The notes under the pieces were generated by a model. That model did not search any database. It had not been told where the DNA came from and saw only the letters and a program-made list of their open reading frames with translations. 64,000 nt of DNA from Raillietiella orientalis (Eukaryota): assembly GCA_036172245.1 (NCBI GenBank), contig JAYWIR010000024.1, forward strand, positions 1,798,001 through 1,862,000. Reading direction: 5' to 3'. Below are positions 49,950 through 61,957 of the stretch, one piece after another (position 1 is the stretch's first letter; every line of letters begins with the position of its first letter). The translations under genes and the position numbers were made by a program.

Positions 49950-50400
49950 ATGGGGGGAACCACGGAAAAACGAAAGCAAAAGTGCAGAGTGTCGGCGCAG
50001 CAAGGATGACGAGGCCGTTGGAAAAGTTCCCTGGGATGTCCCCCGCAAGACTCTGCATAAGTCCGACGGCTGTGCTGCTGCCCCGAGGAGGCGCGCGATC
50101 CACGTGGCTCTCGTCTTGGGGGAGGCCTTCACGCGGACGGACCGGGTGTCAGGGGGCGAGCTCGGGGAAGGCGCTTGCTGGCGACGATTGCTGGATGCGG
50201 GATGCAGGGGCTTGAAAACGGGAGGATGCGGGGACATGACGATTTCCACGGCAACGGTGAGGCACGTCCTTGCTGAGGAAGGGCGCTTGCCCTTTCTGGC
50301 GCGACGACCCCGAATGTAGCGAGTTTCTTTCTTCTCTTGAAGGCGCGCTTGGCGGTGGCGCAGAGCACCGGAGGTGGTGAACAGGTCACGCCGTCGCGGT
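49950..50400 (+). mobile_element. Decayed ORF1 fragment
   Basis: RAIHVALV...GELGE...RGLKTGG..DM...VRHVL.EEG...RRPRM follows the ORF1 RRM-to-knuckle pattern. Confidence 0.45.
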
Positions 50401-51279
50401 GGGTCAGGCGACGGCCATTCCGCTGGCGATCCGCGCGCGCGCGTCCCGCACGCTCTTGACGGCGTCCGTAGTGCAGTCTCGGCGGGGATGAAGGGGGGAG
50501 AGGAGGGGTAGGGGAAAAAAAAATAGCAGCGAAAATCGTGGGGGTGGCTGCGCGAGAACACCGATGGATCGGTCGGAAAACCCGCAAGACGCACGCGCAG
50601 GGAGCCACGCAAAGCGAACAAGGAGTGTGATGGGGTTCTGTCGCTGTGCTCGTGGGGGAGATCCGGATGACCGAAGAGGACGCGCACCCTCAGTCCCAGA
50701 AGGACGCGGAGAAATCGATCGTTGCAGGTTCCGCAGGAAAGAGGGGTCAGCATATGCGAAACCACGTTAACGAGCTCCATGAGGATCTCCCGGGTGATGC
50801 GCTCCCGTTGAAGGGAGGGAGCTACGGCGGTCTCCCCCGCCTAGGAGACGACAATAAAAAAAAAGCAGCGGGAGCAATTTGGAGTCCCGGCGAACGTAAG
50901 GCCGGAGATGCTTGCTGCCGCCGCAACCGTCTCCTCTCGCGCGGGGGTGCGCTGCCGGTCCGGGAATGCGGAGGATCCGAATTCGTCCCTTCTGCGCACA
51001 TCGGTCAGGCGTGTACGGATGAATCTGGGGCACCGTCCCGCGACAAAACTGGAAGGCCTTCCGGAGGGTCTGCCAAGAGGGTCGGAGCCTGCATTTCCGT
51101 TTTTCGATGGTCCCGCCGAGAGCTGCCTACCGCCACCGAGGCCCCGAAGGACGCGCCTTTGCTCGGCATCAGGACGCGCCCCTTCCCCTGCAGGAAGAAC
51201 GGAAGGAAAGCTGGGGGGGCTGCCACTGTCCACGCGAGGTCCGACCTGCCTATGCCTGGTCGGTCTCGGGAGCTCCCGG

Positions 51280-51500
51280 AGGAACCGGGACGAGGCTGTT
51301 CTTCCCCTCCTCGAAGAGAGCGGACTTTCTCGACGCTCGCCCCGGAGCCACCCTGGCGGACCGGCTGGAGGCGGGCTGCTCGAGCAGGCGTGGTTCGCCT
51401 TCCTCCGACCTCCCGCCCGTCCCTTGGGAGCGGGGAACCGATCGAGCTACGCCACCTCGGCAGGCGAGGACGACGACGGTTCTCGCCTCCCTCGGGAAGG
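51280..51500 (+). mobile_element. Decayed ORF1 N-terminal fragment
   Basis: GGGACGAGGCTG.C.TTCCC.TCCTC is shared with the reverse complement of 57420-57450; reads RDEAVLPLLEESGLSRR. Confidence 0.45.
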
Positions 51501-51864
51501 AAGGAGCCACCGGACATGATGGACGCTGGCGGTCAGAAGCGGCGGCGGTTTCGGAGCAACGCGAGGTGCGCTCTGACGGGCGGAAGCAGAAGCACACCCA
51601 GGGGGAAGAGGACGGCGAGGCGAGAGGCCCGCTGGGAAACCGGAACGCCCCTTTATCTGGGACCCCCTCTGTTGGTTCGTCCATCGCTTCATCTTCCCGT
51701 TTCAGGAGGGAAACTCCTCGCTCCGGGGACGCCGGTCCGCCGCCCTCGGAGGGCGCGCGTTCCGCGAGTCCGCCGGGGTAGGCGGAGGCGAGGAATGCTG
51801 CCGCCGGCTGCATCTCTCCGGAGGCGAGCAGCGCGCGCGGAGTGCAGGCGGGCCGGGGTCCCGC

Positions 51865-52550
51865 GGCCCGACTCCCAAGAAAGCGGGTTCGAAACCCGCT
51901 GCCGCGAGCAGCGCGTCCGCCTCGAGCGTATGGAGCGACCACGCGTCGCGGCACGGGTAGCTCCGAACGATGCCGCCTTTGCGCCGCCCCAAAGTCTAAA
52001 ATGTGCTTGCCCCAAACCTTGGGAATAAAATGTCGGGGAGCGTAGCTTCTCTGGACCTCTTCAGCCGTTTCTGGGAGGAAGGGGGAGGGGTGCCCTCTCC
52101 CCTTCTTTCCTTTCCCCCCTTCCTCAGTTTTCGGAATCCTCAAACTTGAAGATCGCCTTTACCTGCGCTGCAGGCGGCGACGTTGCGTCCGCTCACAGGC
52201 ATCATTCGCATGCAGCTTCCCGTCGTCAGGCGTCGAGTTGCTGGGCTCCCCGGGCCTTGCGAGGCCTCTCACACAGCTCCGTATTCCCGCTCAGCGGGCT
52301 GGGAGGCCTTCTGCGTCCTGATAGGAGGCTGCATCCCGGGGAACTGAAAAGACTCCTCCTCGGACTCCTCGGACGCATCCTTTCACCATATCGGGAGGGG
52401 ACGTGGCTACTTCGACGGAGAGGTGCGTTGACTTCCGCCCGCCTGCCTTCCTGTTGGCAGAGGACGCCGGCTCGTTCCCCTGCCTATGCCCGACTCCCAA
52501 GGAAGCGGGTTCGAAACCCGCTGCCACGAGCAGCGCGTCCACCTCGAGTT
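51865..52550 (-). repeat. Two ~60-nt near-identical segments 622 nt apart (51865-51926, 52487-52548), probably ORF1 N-termini
   Basis: GACTCCCAAG(A/G)AAGCGGGTTCGAAACCCGCTGCC(G/A)CGAGCAGCGCGTCC(G/A)CCTCGAG occurs twice; the minus strand reads LE(A/V)DALL(A/V)AAGFEPA(F/S)LGVG. Confidence 0.7.
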
Positions 52551-52799
52551 CCCCGTGCTGCTCTCTGCTGCCGGAGAGCAGGGTAGTCCCGCCCCCCCCC
52601 CTACCCAGTTCTCGGAACCCGGGGTCGCTGGGATTCTCCGGGACACGAGGGGGGGGGGGATCAGCCCTGCTCGCCGGCCCCTTCTCGGAACAGCAGGCAC
52701 TTCGCTTCAGGTCGCCGGAGGTTTGCGGGCCCTCGCTTCCGGACGGAAACGGGTGAGCGGGTAGAGCGGTCGGAGGGGGGATGAGGTCTCCAGGTGGGA

Positions 52800-55500
52800 G
52801 GCGCACCTCGCGCGACCACCCTTCCGAGTCCTTCGCCTGGCGGACGAGGGATTCACCGATGCGTGAGGGGGAGTGGCGCTCGAAAGTCAGAGGCCTCCCG
52901 TCCTTCCCGGAGAGCAGCGCCATGCTGCGGGGAGGCGCTACCTCCAGGGGATCGCGGGCGGTCGATCGGAAGGCAGCCCTACTCGAGGTCACCCGTACCA
53001 GTCGCACACGGTGAATCGCCCCAACTCCAGATCGTGTGCGCCCCCGATTTGGTGGCCTTCATCTTCATCGCAATCATCCCTGGTCGCCCTCCAGGCGCGA
53101 CGGCTGGGAGCGGCCTGGAGGCTCTGTCAGCACGGGTCTCGCTCCGCGGATGCGGCGGGAACGGAGGAGGAGTGCTTCTTCCCTCCAGGAGTGCGCGGCC
53201 TCCCGCACGGATGCGGACTGCAAGAGGCACCCACGATGCCTGCACCCCGACCAGCGCGGCCGGCTGTCGGATGGGCAGCGGCAACCACATCACCTAGGAC
53301 GACTTCGGCGGACGCTTGTCAACGGGCGCCCAACTTCCGGAGAAAACTCAGGGAGGGAGGTGCTGCTTCCGGAGAATGCCGCTGCGGCGGGGTCCTCTCT
53401 CCTGGTCCCTTCGGACAGGTCGATTTCAATCTTAGGGAGGCGAGCGATTTTCAAGCGGGTCTGCAATCTCTCCAGTGATCTCACGTCTGTCACTGCTGTT
53501 GCACTTTGCTCCGCTTTTCTTGGTCCTCTTGGCGCGGGACATTGAGCTGCTGCAGGCGCAAAATCCAAGCAACCGGGTGAATGCGACTCCTTCGACGTAG
53601 ATGATGATGAACCTTCCGCACAAGAGAGCGGTGGCGGAGGGGTTGGAGGCTGTCACCCTGCATCCATCCTCTGAGTGCCTCCGCCCCGCGTTCCTCTTCA
53701 GCTTTCCGAGCGCGGGCAGCACCCCCGCGAGACGGGGGGTGCGTCGCACACGCGTGGGAGACGCGCGGTCTTGCGCGCTGCAACGCATTCTCTCAGCCGC
53801 TGAGCACTCCCGCATCCCGCTCTCGCCGGAGGCAGCAGGCAGACATCCCGACGATCCGGCAGACTGAGTCGAGGGAGACGAGACAGGAAGCGCCGGCGGC
53901 CCTCAACGGTCCATCCGAACAAACGTGCGCTCCGGAGCACCACCACACCTCGATGTTCGCCCACCCCACGCTGGAAGGACCAGGGTCGAAAAGGCCATCC
54001 GCTGGCTCCCCTCCAGGAGCGCCCGCGGCCGCTTGCACTACCACCGCAAGGTCGTTGCCTGCGGCTCCGCCCAGCTGCCCCGCAGGCGGCTGAGGCCTTC
54101 GCGGAGCCGTCCGTCGAGACAGAGGTCGCGGCACCAAGACCTCCTTCCTTCCGCGCTCAGGTGGCACTCTACCCTCCCAGTGCCCCAGAATGGGGTCAGG
54201 CCGGCGCTTTACCCTCTTTCCACCCCTGTCTGTGGAGCCTCCGAGGGCCTCTACTGCGTCCCTGAAGGGATAGACGGCGATCTCTGGTCCCTCTCCATGT
54301 GGCTCCAGTCTGGGGTGGGGCGTCGAGTCGACTCCAGGCGCGGACCGGCTGTGGAGGGTCCGCACCAACCGAGACCGGGGGCCCTTCTGTGCCACCTCTC
54401 CCTCCCTCACTCGTCGCTTGCCTGCTCCCGGCGGGCACGCGCCCGCTGTCCCGTCCCTCAGTCGATGGCCGACCGGAGCCCTCGCGTGAATCCTCCGGGA
54501 AGCGGACTGCTGGAGCGGCAAACCGGAGCGGCACAGACGAAGTTTCGGGATCGCTTGTACCCCTCTGTGAGATCGGCCCCCTCGGGGTGTCCCATCACGC
54601 AGCCGGGGGCACGGCTGACCGCGCCGGGGAGCACCCGGATCAGTCCGACCCCATGCGAGGGCCGCTCCAGCGCGTCTGAGCGTCTCCCTCGTCGAGCTGC
54701 CGCAGGTCTTCTCACATTCCACGGGCGAACCCGAGCTGCCCGGGTCGGATCAAGCGATCTCCGCCTGGAGGGGGTCTGAAGGTGCCACCGCAAGGAGGCA
54801 CCGAAACGCTCCTGGGCTGAGACCCTCTCACGCGTCTGCGGCCACGTGTTGGGTGCCGGTCGGGGAGTGGCAAACGCGCGGCCAGAGGTCATCCACGCGA
54901 GAGCGTGGGTGCCTCGCCAAGCAGCAGCTCCCTCCGCACCAGGAGGGCATGGAGCCGCTCCCCATCACCTCAGCAACCGCAGCAGCGCCGTCGGCGTCCC
55001 ATAGAGAGTTGGTTTCCGAATGCCCAAGGCGACGAGGAGGGAGCGACCGATCCGCTCGTCTGTTTCGTGGTTTCCCTCAAGGGATTCGGCTGCGTGGCGC
55101 GGCTCTGGCCCGACCCGGAAGCCTCACGCCCGCTGCCGCGGCTCCGGGCGGCGTGGCGAGAGGCGAGGGGGTCAGCCTCGGCTTCCCTTTCGCGTCCATC
55201 TCTCTCTTCCTCGCAGGCGGTATCCAGGCAACTTGCTCGCGCAGAGATGCCTCGGCCAAACCACTCTGGAAGGCGCAACAAACTGGGGGGATCCACGTGG
55301 GAGCGGCTGCGTGGAAAGTGGTCGAGTGGATATCCGGAACGTACTTCTCGCGGCTCCACTTTCCATACGCAGGACGCGGCCTTCCAGGCTCCTACCCCAT
55401 GAAGCTTCCGGATCGACGGAGGACCATCGGGCAGCCCTCGCGCCTCACTATCCACGCAACGGAGGACGCCCTCCCGACGTGAGTGCGGACCACCGGTTTG
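52800..55500 (+). mobile_element. Near full-length but heavily decayed and internally deleted L1/Tx1-like retrotransposon
   Basis: Ordered relics: ORF1 (IPGRPPGAT...LEALSA...RMRT), APE end (SDLTSV...GAGH*), RT (PSEQTCAP; PVPQNGVRPALYPLS; SAPTE at the YADD position; SPRVNPPGS; EIGPLGV), thumb (LPPHQEGM) and zf-RVT region (WERL...QDAAF...TEDALP). Confidence 0.55.
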
Positions 55501-56109
55501 TTCGCTCGCGGCGCAAGTTGACCAACTCGGGGATGACCTTCCCTCGGGGGCTCATCTGCAGGAGAGAGACAGAAGGGGGGGGGCATGGTTTGCGTTCCAG
55601 GGAGTGCGGAGGCGCATGGACTTCCCTCTCACCCCGGTCGGATGTGGAACCTGTCCGTGCCGGCTCCGAAACCATCCGGTTCGAATATCCACATGGCCTG
55701 CGTCCGACAGGGAACCTCGCCCCCTGTCCCTTGCCAGCCCTTTCGCCCGTGAACCCCCCCGAGCCTTCTCCTACCAGCGATGCCCAGAGTCTTTTTTTTC
55801 TCCTCACCCCCGAATGTGGGACCCTTCTGGACAAATCCCTCTCCTCTGCATCTGGCTCAGTGAACGGTCCCGAGCGCGTCTGCTGCAGAGCTATCGGCCG
55901 CATCTCGTGAGCTGGTCAGGCAGTGACGTTCTTGGATCAGTCGGCACCCCTCTGCCGTCCTGCTGCGGATGTGCGGGCGCTTCTCGATGAGGCGCAGATT
56001 TACTCCCGCTGGAAGGCTCGGGCTTGCACCTGCGCAGGCGCCGCCTCCCACCAGGGACGTAGCCTCGAACGAGGTGTGCTGTGCCCCGGGAGCGCACCCT
56101 GCTCGGTCG

Positions 56110-57330
56110 CCAGCCTGCGTTGGGTGGATGCGTGGCTGCGGTCTCTGCGCATGGCACCGAGCGTCGCGGGTTCGAATCCCACCCAGGGTCGACGCCGAGA
56201 AAGAGGGATGCGTCGTGAGTTTGGACTCCCCCCATAAGATGCTGGTTGGCCAATTCGAATGCAGCACTGGTTGACACCCGGTCATGCCGGGGCGTTTCTT
56301 CATAAAAGAGTAAATGTCTGTGGCAAGACGTTTGATCCTACCATATTACTTATAAATATGAGAGAAGGAACCTGCCGGGAACTGGCACGCAGGCCAGCGG
56401 GGTTCCCCTCGGCAGCACAGGAAAAGGGGGGAACAACAAAAATAAAAAATAAAATAAAACAAAAAACATACAGTCAAAAAATGGGGAGTTTCGGGAAAGG
56501 ATCACTGTGTGCTGGAGGGTGGCCTCCGCATCCTTGTAAGGATGCCGGCAAGTTCCTGCTTCATGACTCCCAGATGAGACCATTTTGACGTTATCCTCTT
56601 GAAGAGTACAGCAAAATGGATGGCGTCTCTGTCGTTCCGGCCTCCTCTGGCGTTGCTCCATGAAGCCACGGTCCCGCCGCGTGGACAGGGTAGTGCTGCT
56701 AGGGATGCGGCCGTCGTGAGGACGTCGCGCAGGAAGAGGCGCTTCGAAACGTCTCTGGTGTTGCTGCCGGGGGTTCCAAGAGTGGCAGCAAAGAGTCCCT
56801 CAAGGGAACGGAGGGCAACACAGTCCACTAGGAGGTGTGGGAGGGATTCCTGCTCCCCGCACCTTGCACAATTTGAGTTCACCCCTTTTTCCCCGTGTCC
56901 ACAGATGGCGGCGGACGCTGCACGGGAAGTCCCAGTGCAGCAGCAGCAGCGCCGACTCCTGTCACTCTAAGGGGAGAGGGCGGTGCTGGTGAAAGCCGGG
57001 TGCCACCGCTGACCGGCCGGGATTGGAAGTTGACTCTCCAGAGTCCTTACAGGAATCAAGGAGCCGTTCCCTTCCTGTTGGGAAAATGGGGCCATCCCTC
57101 CCCTCGGGAAGGGAGGGGACCCTCCATCGCATTCCATGGAGTTGGTTGATGCCTCTTCAGAGTATCAAGAGCACTGCTCCCTTCGGAGAGCGCCCTTCAG
57201 GGGAAACTGGGAAATGTCCCTTCCGGGTTCTCTCCAGAGGAGCAAACAAGGAACAGGTCCTTTCCAGGTGGATCCTCCTGGAGAGGAAATTTCAGGAGCA
57301 GATCCCTTCCGGGTTCCCTTTGGAAAAGAA
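56110..57330 (+). mobile_element. SINE-like repeat copy D carrying an antisense LINE 3' fragment
   Basis: B-box GGTTCGAATCCC 56169-56180; the same 719 extra nt (56272-56990) as copy C. Confidence 0.8.
56272..56979 (-). mobile_element. 5'-truncated L1/Tx1-like 3' end with CCHC zf-RVT motif (duplicate of 17771-18478)
   Basis: ORF 56882-56502 is almost identical to 18381-18001. Confidence 0.8.
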
Positions 57331-57359
57331 AGAATGAGGATGCTGCGTCAGCAGGAAGA

Positions 57360-57800
57360 CCACGATCTCTGAAAAATCCTGGAGTGGCTCCAGGGAGGGC
57401 GGCGGGAAAGTCGGCCTTCGTTGAGGAAGGGAAGGGCAGCCTCGTCCCTGTTCAGCAGGGCGTCTCCGCTAATTAGGAGGGCACACCGGGTCTCGCGGAG
57501 TGGTAACCCCAGCTTTCCCTTCGTCGTTTCTGCCAGCGGAAGGGCGCAGAGGTTCCCGCGCGTGTGCGGCGGCCGCAAACGAACAATCGGCTGCGGGACT
57601 AGATGGCTCCCTGCTGTCCGACAGGCGGCTGGTCGCGCTCCGTCGGGAGTCTACCTGACTTCCTGCTGGTCCAGAGGGGACCGCCTTACATCACGGGCAT
57701 TTGGCGGCCTTCAGTCAACCCGTATCCTAGCAACGGAGTCGAAGTGGAAGGGCAAACCCATCTCTCCAGGACTGCTGTGCAATGGGCTCGTCCTTCGAAT
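57360..57800 (-). mobile_element. Decayed non-LTR fragments (RT domain-0 relic and ORF1-like N-terminus)
   Basis: SSPGEMGLPFHF (57735-57779) resembles KSPGPDGLPxEF; NRDEAALPFL at ~57450. Confidence 0.45.
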
Positions 57801-58465
57801 GCTCAGCAACGGCGCCAGAGGGGACGTCCGCGTGGCCCCATAGGAAGAGCAGCCGCCATAGGCTCCAAAGAAGAGGTCGGGACCCGAAAAATGGCCTAGA
57901 AGTGATGAGGGAACGGAAGGTCCCTAAGAATCAGGAAAAGCGCGTCGGAGGAAGAACGGTGCGCTTGAACAGCCGGCGTTCTCGAGATGCGCACTGAGGG
58001 CATCGAGAGGGCCGCTCGCTGCCTGCGGTGGGAGACCCCTCGGGAGGAGGGACGGACGGACGGAGAAGACAGACGCTTCCGTTTCCTTTTGTACTCCCTT
58101 TCCATCGTAAATGCACTGGGAAAATCAGGGGGAGGGTGGGGAAGGGAGGGCGCAAGATGCCCCCTGCCCAAGAACTCTCCCGCAGGGTCGCCGTTAGCCG
58201 CAACCCGCCAACTCAAGGTCCATCCCTAGCACGGGCGCAGCCGCCGGAGGAGCGGCTGCGCCGGTGGGGCTGGTCCATCCTCGGGGATCTCCCCAGCGAT
58301 CCTCCTCCAGGGACGCGGCCGACGATCCACAGGGACTGGCAGTATCATCGCCACGCTTCCGGACCCCCTGGGACGGCCAGCACCGGCCACATCTTCCCGG
58401 ACCGGGTTGCCTGGAGGCTGCCAGCTCCCAGTGTTGACGGCGTGCATCCCACCAACTCAAATCGC

Positions 58466-58608
58466 AATGTTACCACTGCCAATACTATTACTACTAGCAC
58501 TACTACTCACAGTACTACCACCAATAGCAGTACCACTGCCGCTCCCACCAACGCTACCACTGCTACTACTACTATGACTACTACCACTACCATTGCTAGT
58601 ACTGTCAC
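58466..58608. repeat. Degenerate (ACT/ACC)n microsatellite
   Basis: Trinucleotide periodicity giving a poly-Thr read in one frame. Confidence 0.9.
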
Positions 58609-59049
58609 CGAGTGTGTGCAGGGTGGTCGCCTGTTCGCCGCGCGCGCCCCTCGGCCCTCTCGTCTTGGGGCTGCCGGTCCCAAGGCGGCAGCCGAGGGCG
58701 AGGCCTTGCGACTCCTCGCTCACCGCGAATCCCTGGGTGGGCGCTGCTGCCCAAGTGGATGCGCTCTCCAGCCTCAAATGCCCTCTGTCGAACGCCAGCC
58801 GAGCCCGTAGCACACACGGCGGCCGCTTCCCGGAGCGGGACGCGTCCTCCGCCCCGGAGGGAGTGCTCGCTCTGCGGCCGGTGGTAGCCACGCGCCCTCA
58901 CGCCAGCATCGCCTGCAGGCAAGAATGGTTCCCTCCTTCACGCATCCTTCAGAGGATGAAGACTCAGCAGCAAGCGGGCGCAGAGAAGGGTGATAAACAT
59001 AGCGACTCAACGCTAACGAAATGATGAGTTATCTCAGAAGTTCACGAAT

Positions 59050-60800
59050 GATTATAAAAAGTGCATCTCCATGCAGGATGCTGACGGATGGACCGAGCCC
59101 ATTTTTATTGCCCTTCCGCTGATCGATAGGCGGGTTTTTAAATGCAACTGGGCCGCTTTGGATTGGCTCGATGGGAGATCGGATGGAGAAAACGTCCGGA
59201 AATTAAAGCTAAAAATAGGAAGGCATCTCCGGGATGCATTCTTCCAGAAATTGATGGGTAAATATAAACCCTCGTGATTTATGTGGGCGCACACAACTCG
59301 TCATGACGACGCTCTTGCATCGGGAGCCGCGTAGCGCTGTATCCGAATTGCTGGTGTTTGTTCTGTAAGACCTGGGACGCCTTCCCCCCTATGACGTACC
59401 TTCTACAGAGATTATTCATGAAGGAAACCCATGAAGATGACTGCGTCTTGCAATCGTCTTCCCTCCTCAGGAGTCAGGTCCAAACATCAATTGGCTCTGA
59501 GGTCCGAGAATGATGGAAGGATGGTGGCGATACTCTCTCTCCCCCCCCCCCCTTCTCCTCATTATCTGTGTGCGATGTCTCCTCCCCCCCTCTGGGATGC
59601 CCGACTGACGAGCGTCCCGACGCCTCGCGAGAAGCGGAGGAGACTGCTCATCCACCGAATGTACCCCCACCCCTTGCCCTCTCCAGACATCGGTCTCACG
59701 GGGCGGGGGAATCATTTTATCGCAGCGCGTCCCTCTGACGGTTTCCGCGGCAGCGCAAGCCATGCGGAGACAGTTCCGAGAGGTCGAGAGAATCTGCATC
59801 GAAGTGGGACTCCCGGTGACCTGGGGCAAACCGGTCGACAGCCCTTTTCCTCCTCTGAAGGGAATGTCCGTTCAGTTTCCCTTCTTTCCTTATTTTTTTT
59901 CCTATTTGTGCACTCGTTGCCTTCCCCTCCTATATAATACTAATAAAAAAAAAGAATCAACCAGCCCTCCAGAGACAGAACTGCGGCTGCAGAGATTTCC
60001 TTCAAGGTACATCCTGCAGGAAGGGGAGCCTCCTGAAGGGTACGTTGGAGGGAGGGCTCCTGCCGAGAGGAGGCTTCACGCGCCTTCGGGGAAAGCTCTC
60101 CAGGAGGAAGGACGACGGGACATTCGCTAGCGAGCGTTCGGTTTAGCGAGCGTCGAACCTTTACAGATGCCCCGGGGTCATCCGCGTTCAGAAAGAGAGG
60201 ATCGGATCCCTGAAGGCGTCTGGCCGGGCACCCTCGTTCCCGTGAGGATTCGTGACTGCTTGCTTGCCTGTTTGGAACACGAGCGTCCCGGGACAACGGA
60301 TTTATAAAGCTTCACGTGATGCAGCCACCGACTACAAAGCGGGAATGGGGGAAGGTATCCCTTGCACTGGTATGGGGGGAGGGGAATGCAAGGGTGGGGT
60401 GGGTCACCCAGCTACATTCATTCTATGACGTCTAATAACGCCGCAGGAGGAGGGAGCGAGAAAGCCTGGCGGTGGGTTTGGAACCCGCGTCCTTGCCGTT
60501 TGGGGTCATCTCCGGTAGGTAAGCTGCGTTCCCTGAGAAACGCTCGTCCCTGTTTCCCGTGGTGATTGCTGCCGTCGTTTCCTGTTTGTTCTACTGCTGG
60601 AGTGTCACGTGGCCGTGGCCGAATGCCGCGGGAGGGTTAGGTCGTTTTGCGGGTCCCTCGATCCCACGACATCCGCCTTCCGATGCCTGGACCGATGCCT
60701 GTGCTTCCCTGCAGGAGGAATGGAGGAGGCCAGCTGGAAATACGGCAGGAGCCCCGTACAACGCGGCCCTCGCGTGAAGCGTCGAAAAAATGGCGGCAGC
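59050..60800 (+). mobile_element. Decayed ORF2 (APE to RT) remnant
   Basis: IGGFLN (IGGDFN-like, 59126-59143), LRDAF, WDAR, GGFGTRVLAVW, FLFVLLLEC...RVRSF...TTSAF (60579-60680) and YGRS...PRVKRRK occur in canonical order. Confidence 0.5.
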
Positions 60801-61957
60801 CCTCGTACAACGCGGCGGCAACGAATCACCTTCCACACCACACACTGTGCATGGATTTCAGTTTCACGGTGCCGTGCTGGCTCGGATGGTTCCGAAAAAA
60901 TGGAGGATGAACAAAGGATGGATGCACGCGTGATTGGAGGCGATGGAGTTGCTCGACAACGAGGACGATAGAGCTGGAATCATAGAAGCGTCTCAATTGA
61001 TTGGATGTCAGCAAAACTCGCAAAGCTTTCTTTTCTTTCATTTGCAAAGTGGGATGATGTACATCGTACCATTTTATATGCTTATACTTACGATTTTTAT
61101 GTCTTTTGTGAATACGACCGCATTGCTCATAGGGCTCGTATAACGCGAAACGCGTATGCCCCGCGTTATACGGAGGCTCCTCCGTACTCGCCCTCCGCCG
61201 TGCCTCTCAGAGCCCCGTGTCGGGTTTTCCCAAGGGGCAAGAGGTCTCCGAAAGGATTATGCAGGCCTCTCTTTTAAAGCGCCGAGTTTCTCCGGCTCAA
61301 GCCTTGAGCCCCTCTCAGGAGATCGGCTTGTTGCAGGTTCCTCGCTCTCCCCTGTCGCCTCCCGGAATCGCCCTGCCGGATCGCTACGCCCTCTGCGACG
61401 GGGCAGGCACGCGGCGGGTTGCCACGCGCTGTGGCGTCTCGCACGGGCGAGGGCAAGCATTTCTCCAAGGTGATGCTGCCGCTGCGGGTGGCGCACCCAG
61501 ACCACGATGAGTGGACGCTTCGCCTGAGAAACGCGAGAGACCTCCTGGAAACCGGAAAAGGGGAAGAGGGGCGCCACGCGTCAGTGTGCTGAGTCTGATG
61601 CGGCCGCCGACCGTACACTTGGGGAAAGGGGAGGGGGAGGGAGGTCGGCGCTGCTCTCCCGATGCCGCCACGCCGCCAGGCAGCGACACCCCCTCCCCAG
61701 CGGCTTCGCGCAGGCTATCCGCTTAGGGCATCCACCCGTCTCCAGGGCCAGCCTCACTCCGGGATCACTTCCGTCGCCCAGCCACTGCGCGCGCGCTCGG
61801 GTGGGTTCAAGACGACTCGCGCGTTGCCGCAGCAACCGGCACCCTTCGTGCATCGGGGTGCTCCGCCACGCCCTCTCGGAGTGCGGAATCCCTCCGGTCG
61901 CTCGCGTGGACGGGGGGAGTTCCTCCTTGACGAGAGCCAGCTGTCCCGGGAGGAGGG

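Noticed and set aside
50646..52028. 460-aa ORF and the many other 150-310-aa overlapping ORFs in the GC-rich flanks
   Set aside because: Arg/Pro/Gly/Ala-rich, open in several frames on both strands and with no intact domain; expected from high GC in decayed repeats.
56110..56190. Functional tRNA gene
   Set aside because: The B-box is present but the acceptor, D and anticodon stems do not pair properly, and it continues into a repeat body; treated as a SINE head.
58028..58810. Thr-rich mucin-like ORF
   Set aside because: The Thr run comes from the (ACT/ACC)n microsatellite; no signal peptide or splice structure.
60463..60515. Third copy of the B-box-like 60-mer on the minus strand
   Set aside because: The B-box is broken (GGTTCCAAACCC) and the + strand reads GGFGTRVLAVW at the expected position of an RT remnant.
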